DNA of 53,144 nucleotides, from NCBI GenBank assembly GCA_030610765.1, contig JAUWRD010000001.1, forward strand, positions 1 to 53,144, read 5' to 3'. How positions within the stretch are numbered: position 1 is the stretch's first letter; each line of letters begins with the position of its first letter. A program made the position numbers and the translations under genes. Source of the stretch: Actinomycetes bacterium (GTDB lineage: Bacteria; Actinomycetota; Aquicultoria; CAJVYJ01; JAUVQD01). Below, piece by piece: positions 9,398 through 16,698 of the stretch. The notes under the pieces are model-generated. The model saw only the letters and a list, made by a program, of their open reading frames with translations. It did not search any database and was not told the DNA's origin.

Positions 9398-10725
9398 AGG
9401 GCAAGCAGGGCTCCTTTGATCGATTCCAGATACGCGTGAATAGTCTCCTCGGCTTGATTGCAATGCGGATCATCAATTGAGCCGTTTATGCACATTGCGG
9501 CGTAGGCGCAACCTCCACCACAAAATGTTGCTACGGGGCAATCACGGCATTTCTTTAAAGTCATGATGCTTCTTCCGTTCCACTTATCAAGGGCTTTCTG
9601 ATCGAGAACTAGATCAGGATGATAAGAACCAACCGCAGTTCTCTGGTCTCCAATTGCTTCAGCGCACAGATAGACATTTTTGTCCGTGCCAAAAGTGTAG
9701 CAACTTAAATTGTTTGACTCACAATAGAAGAAACGAGGATAGCTGATTTGATCAGACTTAAGCGTGCTTATTATATAGTCGAGATTTCTGAAAAGGTCAG
9801 GACGGAATATTTCCACAACGGGGAAGTTCTTCTTCAAATCTAGCCAGATCTTTGCAGTCTCATCCTCCGTCAAGCGGTGGGGAACAGTTTCTCCTGTGTG
9901 ATTGTCCACTGGCGAAAGCAAAGCGGCAAAATTCTCATATTTATCCCAACCTCTCTGTATCATAAAGTTGGCCAAATCAGTCAAGCTGCCTATGTTTTCA
10001 CGATCTACATTAACTCGCACCCGTACTCGAATACCTCGCGCGAGCGCAGCGTCAATGGACGAGACAATTTCGTCAAACGTGCCTTGACCTCCGGTTTTCG
10101 GACGCCTTTTGTCGTGAATATCAGCAGTTCCGTCTAGTGTGATCTGGAAGTCTATTAGATGATCTTTGTACTGCCGCAAAAGAGGCAAAAACTCTTTTAG
10201 ATTCACTCCATTTGTAACCGCGCTAATAGTAAATTCTCGTTTACGCGCCTCATCCAAAATATAGGATATGATGGCGCGGTTAGCCGGCAAAAAAGGCTCA
10301 CCGCCAAAAAGCTGTATTGAGGCAGGTTTATCAGTCAGAGCTTCAATGGCACGAAAGATTGAATCGACCTCAGCAACGGTTAGCGCATGCGTTTCGACCT
10401 GAGTAAGATCACCCTCGAAACAATAAACACATCGTAAATTACAAGCGTAAGTCGGGCAAATAACAAACATCACTGGTCTGTCAATTCCCTTAAACTTTTC
10501 AAACAAGGCCTTAAGTTTATCTTCCTCCTCGGCCTCGGATTTATAGATATAACCTCGATCGAGTAACGACTGATATATGGGCGTGCTTGGTGTGATTGTT
10601 TCCGGTGACTCAAAATGATGCATGAACTCATTATCGATTAGGTCAATCGCCCCCGTTAATGTGTTGAACACGATGGTTTGATAGGCGTCAAGTTTATGCT
10701 TTACCAAGTATTTTGTTAAGTACAT
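9394..10725 (-). CDS. radical SAM / SPASM-domain peptide maturase-like protein
   Basis: CNLRCVYC (Cx3Cx2C) after an N-terminal extension of about 90 aa. C-terminal CRDCPVATFCGGGC (Cx2Cx5Cx3C), with upstream Cys residues completing a SPASM-type auxiliary-cluster region. The stop shares the tetranucleotide TTAA with the panB stop. Confidence 0.85.
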   Translation of the reverse strand: MYLTKYLVKHKLDAYQTIVFNTLTGAIDLIDNEFMHHFESPETITPSTPIYQSLLDRGYIYKSEAEEEDKLKALFEKFKGIDRPVMFVICPTYACNLRCVYCFEGDLTQVETHALTVAEVDSIFRAIEALTDKPASIQLFGGEPFLPANRAIISYILDEARKREFTISAVTNGVNLKEFLPLLRQYKDHLIDFQITLDGTADIHDKRRPKTGGQGTFDEIVSSIDAALARGIRVRVRVNVDRENIGSLTDLANFMIQRGWDKYENFAALLSPVDNHTGETVPHRLTEDETAKIWLDLKKNFPVVEIFRPDLFRNLDYIISTLKSDQISYPRFFYCESNNLSCYTFGTDKNVYLCAEAIGDQRTAVGSYHPDLVLDQKALDKWNGRSIMTLKKCRDCPVATFCGGGCAYAAMCINGSIDDPHCNQAEETIHAYLESIKGALLAL

Positions 10726-10775
10726 CAGGACCCCTTAGGTAAGATTTGAGAAGGAATTGATTCCACTCTTTTTAT

Positions 10776-10819
10776 TTGACAAACAAGCGTTTGTTAAATA
10801 ACATTATCAATACTACAAT
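10776..10819. promoter_or_regulatory. divergent promoter region with 6-bp inverted repeat ACAAAC-N4-GTTTGT
   Basis: TTGACA(10776-10781)-17-TAACAT, and TTGTTA(10791-10796)-17-TACAAT(10814-10819). The inverted repeat 10779-10794 overlaps both -35 boxes. Lies between the divergent rSAM and M56 genes. Confidence 0.35.
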
Positions 10820-10893
10820 CTTAATAGGTTTTAGACAAATGCGTTTTTCCAAAGAGGCCAAAGCTATTTTGTGTATCTGCCGTCCAGGAAAGC

Positions 10894-11973
10894 ATGGTTA
10901 TGTTTGATCAGATAGCCACGAGTACGTTAATTGACGACATCGCGCTTAGAATCCTGCTTAGTGTAACGACGGGCGCATTTTGGCTCGTTATAATTCTAGC
11001 GATCATCAGGCTATTTAAAATCAGAAACCCGAATTTAAAATATTTTCTGCTGACCATACCGTTACTAAAAAGTCTTTTGGCTCTAGCCAGAAGTTTGCCT
11101 CATTTTTCGGACTTCAAGGGAGTCTTTATTATAAGCGCTAAACTGCCGAATCCCGGAACGTTTCTGCCATCAATCGACTGGAAGAGCGCGGACTCGTTAT
11201 ACGGCAGCTATTTTCATCCGACAACCACAATTTCTGCGTCGACCATCGTAACTATTCTAGTCGCGAGTTTGATATTTTCGGCTTGGAGAATGGTTGGTAT
11301 GGTTAGGTTTGTCAGGCTCATAAACAAATCACAAGAGGTAGGCCGGGAGGAAAACATATCCTTGTTTGACATCCTCGATAAGCTAGTTGAAGAATACGGA
11401 ATTTCCTATCCGAAAGTGATTTTATTGGAGACAAGCGCCGCCCCCTTTACGATCGGGCTTAAGAATCCAATAATCGCTCTTTCGACCAATCTAATTGATC
11501 AATTAGAAACCTCGGAGATGGAGGCGATTCTGCGCCACGAGACAGCTCATATAAGCAGATATGATCATCTTCATCATTGGCTAGCTGTAATAATAAGAGA
11601 CATTCTGTTCTTTAATCCCGTTATTCATTATTTGCTTCCAAGACTGGTCTTTGAGAGGGAACGGGCCTGCGACTATCGGACTACGCTTAAAAGTAAACGC
11701 AGGGTCTTAGCGAAGAGCCTCGTCAAGGTTGCGGAAATCCAAGCCGCTCAACCTGCTTCACCCTTAATTAGCCTTTATGCTCCTCAAAGATTTATCCCAC
11801 ACACTCACTTCTATTTTAAAGAGCGCGTAAAGGAACTGCTTGAGCCAAAGATGGTTCATGTAATGCCAGGACACATTAAAAGACTTCTCTGGCCTGCACT
11901 TATGCTGGCCTTGATCACTCTGGATATACACTTGGTCACAACCGTTAAAAGGTTTATTCTGGTCTTAAGCTAG
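10894..11973 (+). CDS. M56 (BlaR1-like) family integral membrane zinc metallopeptidase lacking a sensor domain
   Basis: Multiple TM helices. HETAHISRYDH (HExxH in the M56-type context). 359 aa ending in another TM helix. No penicillin-binding-type C-terminal domain. Confidence 0.7.
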   Translation: MVMFDQIATSTLIDDIALRILLSVTTGAFWLVIILAIIRLFKIRNPNLKYFLLTIPLLKSLLALARSLPHFSDFKGVFIISAKLPNPGTFLPSIDWKSADSLYGSYFHPTTTISASTIVTILVASLIFSAWRMVGMVRFVRLINKSQEVGREENISLFDILDKLVEEYGISYPKVILLETSAAPFTIGLKNPIIALSTNLIDQLETSEMEAILRHETAHISRYDHLHHWLAVIIRDILFFNPVIHYLLPRLVFERERACDYRTTLKSKRRVLAKSLVKVAEIQAAQPASPLISLYAPQRFIPHTHFYFKERVKELLEPKMVHVMPGHIKRLLWPALMLALITLDIHLVTTVKRFILVLS

Positions 11974-12062
11974 TATTTCGCTAGTTCTTTAAAAACAATC
12001 GCTTTCTCACTAGACATGTAGCGTACTAAACCCTTAGTATGGTCACTAAGGAGGTGCGGAAC

Positions 12063-12173
12063 ATGAGACCTATTAATTCCGATGAGAAGCTATGGTCTGA
12101 GGTTTCCGACGACAAAGTAACACGTGGTAGTAATTGTTGTTGGAATATCGCTTGGTGCTGGTTCTGGGGCTAA
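12063..12173 (+). CDS. unannotated 36-aa Cys/Trp-rich peptide, candidate RiPP precursor
   Basis: AAGGAGG at 12048-12054, then 8 nt, then ATG 12063. Translation is MRPINSDEKLWSEVSDDKVTRGSNCCWNIAWCWFWG, ending at TAA 12171-12173. The N-terminal half is acidic and the last 12 residues hold 3 Cys, 4 Trp and 1 Phe. A hairpin follows. An in-frame ATG at 12039 (44 aa) lacks an SD. Confidence 0.55.
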   Translation: MRPINSDEKLWSEVSDDKVTRGSNCCWNIAWCWFWG

Positions 12174-12183
12174 AACTTTAAAA

Positions 12184-12232
12184 CGCTGTCTTTGTTGGGG
12201 GGTTGTTTCATTTTTTGGGAGGGAAGACAGCG
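12184..12232. terminator. hairpin between the convergent peptide ORF and the response-regulator gene
   Basis: 9-bp arms CGCTGTCTT (12184-12192) and AAGACAGCG (12224-12232) with a 31-nt loop. On the minus strand the stem is followed by TTTTAAAGTTTTA, so it best fits a terminator for the kinase-regulator operon. Its function on the plus strand is less certain. Confidence 0.5.
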
Positions 12233-12235
12233 CCT

Positions 12236-12886
12236 CTAGTCCACAAGACCTTCTTTTACCGCCATCAAAGCCGCTGAGGTTCTGTCGTTTATATGAAGTT
12301 TCCTGAATATGTGGCTGAGATGATTCTTCACAGTTTTATCGCTAATGAAAAGTTGAGCGGCGATTTCCTTGTTACTCATTGCTTTGGCGATACACGCCAA
12401 TACTTCTTTTTCACGAGAAGTCAATGCTTCATAATGTTTTGCTTTTTCATCTTCGTGTTTCTGAATATTTGAGAATTCATGAAGCAGCTTCGACGCCATC
12501 GAGGGTTGCAGAAGAGATAGCCCATCTTTGGCAGCCTTTATTACCTGTATCAGCTCTTGCGGAGCGCGACTTTTTAAGAGGTATCCGATAGCGCCGGCCT
12601 TAATTGCTTCAAACAAGAATTGTTCCTCTTCATGCATCGTGAGCATGACAACGGTTCCCTCGCTATCAGCTTCTTTTATCTTTCTGGTTGCTTCAATGCC
12701 ATCCATCTCGGGCATTTGGATGTCCATCAAAATAACATCAGAATCGAGGCTTCCAGCAAGCTCTACCGCTTGTTTGCCGTTTTCAGCTTCGCCGACAACT
12801 TTCATACCCGCTTCCTCAAGTATTCTTCTTAGGCCCTGCCTCATTAGCGTGTGATCATCTACGATTAAGATAGATATGGGTTCCAT
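12236..12886 (-). CDS. NarL/LuxR-family two-component response regulator
   Basis: Receiver domain (ILIVDDH..., ILMDIQMPEMDG) plus C-terminal LuxR-type HTH (LTSREKEVL...NKEIA...S.KTVKNHL..I..KL). Confidence 0.9.
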   Translation of the reverse strand: MEPISILIVDDHTLMRQGLRRILEEAGMKVVGEAENGKQAVELAGSLDSDVILMDIQMPEMDGIEATRKIKEADSEGTVVMLTMHEEEQFLFEAIKAGAIGYLLKSRAPQELIQVIKAAKDGLSLLQPSMASKLLHEFSNIQKHEDEKAKHYEALTSREKEVLACIAKAMSNKEIAAQLFISDKTVKNHLSHIFRKLHINDRTSAALMAVKEGLVD

Positions 12887-12891
12887 GATTT

Positions 12892-14565
12892 CTAAGCTCC
12901 TTTTACAGTAACCGGTATTCGGACATTGACAGACGTTCCTTCACCAAGCGCGCTTATGATTTCGACGTCTCCGTGCAGAGATTGAACGCGTTCGCGCATG
13001 CCGGATAAGCCAAAGCCGCTATTGTTCGAGATCTGTGTTTTCACGCTCTCAAAGCTGAATCCCTGTCCGTTATCTTTCACTGACATTTTCACTCCCTCGT
13101 TATCCGAAGATAGATCGAGAGTAACCTGACTTGCTTGCGCGTGTTTCTTTATGTTGTTTAATGCTTCCTGCGCCAGCCTGAAGAGAGCGGTCTCCACAGT
13201 TTCGGGCAGACGAGTTTGTTTCTGAGCATTCAAGATTGTTTTAATGTCATTCATCTCAGCGAAGCGTTCCAGGTGTTTTTCTAGCGTTGGGACCAACCCT
13301 AAGGAATCTAATATTGTGGGTCGGAGATCATAAATTACCAGCCTTAAGTCAGCAATCGTATCTTCAACGATCTTTTCAATCTGTTTGATCTCAGTGATCG
13401 CCGATTTATCTTCTGAGGTAAGAGAACTTTCCAGAAAGCTAAGACTGAAGATGATTCCGGACAGATTTTGAATGACACCGTCATGAAGATCGCGCGCAAA
13501 TCTGCGTCTTTCCTCCTCTTGAGCGTTGGCTAAACGCGTCATAACGCGTTGCAACTGGCTGTGGTTGGCGATTACCTCGCTGTATAGATCGGCGTTTTCC
13601 AAAACAATCGTCGCGGACCGGACAATACCAGATGCAATTTGAATATCTCGATCATTGAAGTCATGAGCGGTCTTATTGTAGAAAACCATTGCTATAGCGT
13701 GCACTTGATCTCTTTTAACGCAAGGGATGAGAATGGCTGATTTTATGCCAAACCTGGCAACAACCTCTCTGTTAATCGAGATGTTTTGATCAGCCCTGTT
13801 AATGGCGACAGGGAGTTGTTTTTCAAGCATCTCTTTAATTGCGGGCGACGAAACACTGTCGAGCTTGGCCGCGGAATCATTTAGGCAAACAAAGCCCTGA
13901 CCGTTAGTTGCTTTAATAAAACTGAGACACCCGTCGGCGAAAAGGGCTCTTGATAATGAAACGGACAACATTTTTAGAACCTCGTTGGCGTCAGCTAACC
14001 CGCCAATTTCCAGCGCAACCTGCAAAAGTGTTGACGATACCTCTGCCTCTTCTCTAAGTTTGTCTTTCTCAGTCACTAGCTCATCCCAGTTGTCTACAAA
14101 GAAACCACTTTCTTGATCTAGGAGCCCTTGCAGTTCAGAGGATTTACCCTTATTTAGGCGCGCCTGTTTAATAAGCTTATCGCGCTCACGAGCTAGAGAG
14201 CTCATCTGATTTTTGAGTTCCTTGTTTCGCGCTCGACCCAGACCGACAAAAAACCCACTGAGCGTTGGAACTACGATCACTAGAACAATAAGCAGGCTTT
14301 GAGTTCTTGATTGTTTTAAGAACTGAACAAAATCAAGATTGCTACTTGCCGAATCATAATTATAGACTGCCAGCAACAGCAGGACTCCCACTATCAGTCC
14401 CGCCACCGTGTATTTTCCATTTCGTCGCAAGTCAAAAGGACTCGTCAAGCACTGACCCTTTCCAAGGCATCCGACTTCTTCTTTAATTATTGTCGGCAAA
14501 TCCTTGATGACTAAATAGAGCTTTACTGAAATATTATTCCTAATTATAATCAAAGAGCTTGGCAT
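12892..14565 (-). CDS. sensor histidine kinase: two TM helices with a short loop, coiled coil, GAF-like domain, HisKA_3, HATPase
   Basis: H-box FARDLHDGVIQNL, N-box NNIKKHA, and the G-boxes DNGQGF and GFGLSGMRERV. TM helices VAGLIVGVLLLLAVY and LLIVLVIVVPTLSGFFVGL are separated by about 20 aa. The start codon is uncertain; the first 45 aa of the listed ORF may be untranslated. Confidence 0.85.
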   Translation of the reverse strand: MPSSLIIIRNNISVKLYLVIKDLPTIIKEEVGCLGKGQCLTSPFDLRRNGKYTVAGLIVGVLLLLAVYNYDSASSNLDFVQFLKQSRTQSLLIVLVIVVPTLSGFFVGLGRARNKELKNQMSSLARERDKLIKQARLNKGKSSELQGLLDQESGFFVDNWDELVTEKDKLREEAEVSSTLLQVALEIGGLADANEVLKMLSVSLSRALFADGCLSFIKATNGQGFVCLNDSAAKLDSVSSPAIKEMLEKQLPVAINRADQNISINREVVARFGIKSAILIPCVKRDQVHAIAMVFYNKTAHDFNDRDIQIASGIVRSATIVLENADLYSEVIANHSQLQRVMTRLANAQEEERRRFARDLHDGVIQNLSGIIFSLSFLESSLTSEDKSAITEIKQIEKIVEDTIADLRLVIYDLRPTILDSLGLVPTLEKHLERFAEMNDIKTILNAQKQTRLPETVETALFRLAQEALNNIKKHAQASQVTLDLSSDNEGVKMSVKDNGQGFSFESVKTQISNNSGFGLSGMRERVQSLHGDVEIISALGEGTSVNVRIPVTVKGA

Positions 14566-14621
14566 TTGGTATATATAAGCATAAGTGCGTCATCGCTTAA
14601 CGTAGTAAATAAGGTATTTAT

Positions 14622-16151
14622 ATGACCGCTAAGACATTAATGATTCAAGGCACCGGGTCGCATGTAGGCAAAAGCTTTACCGTCGCAGGTCTTTGTCGCA
14701 TGTTTCGAGATGACGGCTTCAGGGTCGCGCCATTTAAAGCTCAAAACATGGCCCTGAATTCATTCGCGACACAAGATGGACTCGAAATCGGGAGAGCACA
14801 AGCTGTTCAGGCCAAAGCTGCTGGCGTAACTCCTTCCTGGAAGATGAACCCGATTCTCCTAAAGCCATCTTCCGTCAAGACGTTCCAGGTGATCGCTAAA
14901 GGGAAATCAATCGGCAATATGACAGCTGATGAATACTATCACAAGCAACAGTCGATGATGAATGTTGTAAACGCGGCTATCGATGATTTGCTTCAAGAAT
15001 ATGATCTAATCGTCATTGAGGGGGCCGGAAGCCCGGCTGAGGTCAACCTAAGGGATCGCGATATTGCTAATATGTGGGTTGCTGAACAAGTGGGAGCTCC
15101 TGTTATATTAACAGCCGATATTGACAAGGGTGGGGCACTGGCTGCAATTTACGGAACGCTTGAGCTGCTATCGGCGCGTGACCGATCGTTCATAAAAGGG
15201 ATCTTGATAAATAAGTTTCAGGGAGACCTAGATCTTTTAAAGCCCGCGATCGATTTTATCGAAGATAAAACCGGCCTTCCTGTTCTAGGAGTAATCTCGA
15301 AAATTAACGCTACTATTGAAGATGAAGATTCCGTTTCTCTTGATGAGCGACCGAGGCAATCCAAGACGAATGTTAACTTGATCATTCCCAAGCTTCCGTT
15401 TATCGCAAATTTCACAGATTTCCGTGGCCTTGAGGTCCTCGATGAAGTGGCTTTGGACTTTGCGACAAAACCAGGCGACTTGAAAAATGCCGACGCGATA
15501 ATCATTCCGGGCAGCAAAAACACAATTCACGATTTGACGTGGTTGCGCAAGACAGGAATGGCAAATGAGATTGTGAGATTAGCGAAGTCCGGCACACCGG
15601 TGCTCGGCATTTGCGGGGGCCTTCAGATTCTCGGGGAAAGAATATCGGATACAGCTGGCGCGGAAAATACTGATAATAGCGAGGTGGATGGGCTTGGGCT
15701 GCTGCCCGTAGTAACAGATTACGGAAAAGAAAAAGTCGTAAGACAAGTACAGTCAAAAGTTGTGGATGAAGCAGATGTCTTTGAAGGTTTTGTAAAAGAC
15801 CACGTGATTCATGGATATGAGATACACGCCGGCGTAACCACATGCTTAACTAAGGCGAAGGCGTTTACGAGGGCTGACGATGGAAGGGATAACGGTTGGT
15901 CGAGTAGCGCCTACAAGGTGTCGGGCACATACATGCATGGGTTATTCGATAACGAACTTTTCACTTCATCGTTTTTGAATTATTTATTGAAGAGAAAGAA
16001 CGAAAAAGCGATAGACTTTGAAACCGTGAACCCTGATGATCAAATTGATGAGATAGCACAGCACCTTAGAGCTTCCATTGATATCGAAGGCCTATGGCAG
16101 ATCATTAATGCCGGCCCGATAAATCAGAATACGCAGGTGATTCGTGGTTAG
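14622..16151 (+). CDS. cobQ: cobyric acid synthase
   Basis: N-terminal LMIQGTGSHVGKS dethiobiotin-synthase-like domain plus C-terminal glutamine amidotransferase (GICGGLQILG, ..GYEIH.G). Confidence 0.9.
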   Translation: MTAKTLMIQGTGSHVGKSFTVAGLCRMFRDDGFRVAPFKAQNMALNSFATQDGLEIGRAQAVQAKAAGVTPSWKMNPILLKPSSVKTFQVIAKGKSIGNMTADEYYHKQQSMMNVVNAAIDDLLQEYDLIVIEGAGSPAEVNLRDRDIANMWVAEQVGAPVILTADIDKGGALAAIYGTLELLSARDRSFIKGILINKFQGDLDLLKPAIDFIEDKTGLPVLGVISKINATIEDEDSVSLDERPRQSKTNVNLIIPKLPFIANFTDFRGLEVLDEVALDFATKPGDLKNADAIIIPGSKNTIHDLTWLRKTGMANEIVRLAKSGTPVLGICGGLQILGERISDTAGAENTDNSEVDGLGLLPVVTDYGKEKVVRQVQSKVVDEADVFEGFVKDHVIHGYEIHAGVTTCLTKAKAFTRADDGRDNGWSSSAYKVSGTYMHGLFDNELFTSSFLNYLLKRKNEKAIDFETVNPDDQIDEIAQHLRASIDIEGLWQIINAGPINQNTQVIRG

Positions 16152-16668
16152 TGAATTGGGATTAATTCAAATCTACACAGGAGACGGAAAGGGCAAAACT
16201 ACAGCGGCCGTGGGTCTACTGGTTCGCGCCGCTGGTCAAGGCTTACGGTGCCAAATAATACACTTTATGAAGAGCGAAATAGTGAGCGGAGAAGACAAGA
16301 CGCTTTCTGCGATCAAAAACGTCACGGTTATGACAATTGGCTCTAATTTAATCAGCGGGAAAAATCAAAATCTTGAGGAGGTTCGAACTAGTCTTAAGCT
16401 AGCCCTTTTGGAAAGCAAAAAGGCCGTTTCGGGCGAATATGACCTTGTTGTCTTGGACGAGATTATTGTCGCTTCTTCATTAGGACTGATTCCCGAATCG
16501 GAAATATTTGAAATTGCCAAAATCAAGGCTGAAGCAACGGAATTGATTTTAACTGGACGAGGAGCAACTGACTCACTGATAGAAATGGCTGATTTGGTTA
16601 CCGAAATGAGAGAGATTAAACACCCCTTTGCAACAGGGGTTGAAGCAAGGCGAGGGATCGAGTTCTAA
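16144..16668 (+). CDS. cobO: cob(I)yrinic acid a,c-diamide adenosyltransferase
   Basis: GLIQIYTGDGKGKTTAA P-loop and VLDE motif, 174 aa. Overlaps the cobQ end by 8 nt. Confidence 0.85.
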   Translation: MVSELGLIQIYTGDGKGKTTAAVGLLVRAAGQGLRCQIIHFMKSEIVSGEDKTLSAIKNVTVMTIGSNLISGKNQNLEEVRTSLKLALLESKKAVSGEYDLVVLDEIIVASSLGLIPESEIFEIAKIKAEATELILTGRGATDSLIEMADLVTEMREIKHPFATGVEARRGIEF

Positions 16669-16698
16669 GTTGTGTTGAGTAAACACTAGGGAGGCATT

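Noticed and set aside
10821-10895. 24-codon minus-strand ORF directly upstream of the rSAM gene (MLSWTADTQNSFGLFGKTHLSKTY)
   Set aside because: It has no SD and no Cys or aromatic clustering, and its ATG overlaps the M56 ATG on the other strand. It is probably a chance ORF.
10839-10907. 22-codon plus-strand ORF (MRFSKEAKAILCICRPGKHGYV) in the rSAM/M56 control region
   Set aside because: It has no Shine-Dalgarno, overlaps the M56 start out of frame, and has no leader/core organisation. It was kept only as a remote alternative substrate.
10894-11973. Classical BlaR1/BlaI beta-lactam sensing system
   Set aside because: The protein lacks the C-terminal penicillin-binding sensor domain. No BlaI/MecI repressor or beta-lactamase/PBP2a gene is present.
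12063-12173. Reading the Trp-rich mini-ORF as a trp-type attenuation leader peptide
   Set aside because: No biosynthetic gene follows on the plus strand; the next gene is convergent. The Trp codons are interleaved with Cys and preceded by an acidic leader-like segment, which fits a RiPP precursor better.
12124-12306. Listed 60-aa plus-strand ORF (MVVIVVGISLGAGSG...)
   Set aside because: It is out of frame with the SD-preceded 36-codon ORF, has no ribosome-binding site, runs through the hairpin and into the antisense of the response-regulator gene. It is very likely an artefact of the ORF length cut-off.
14566-14621. Cobalamin riboswitch upstream of cobQ
   Set aside because: The intergenic region is only 56 nt and lacks a B12-box-like core, so it is too short for the aptamer.
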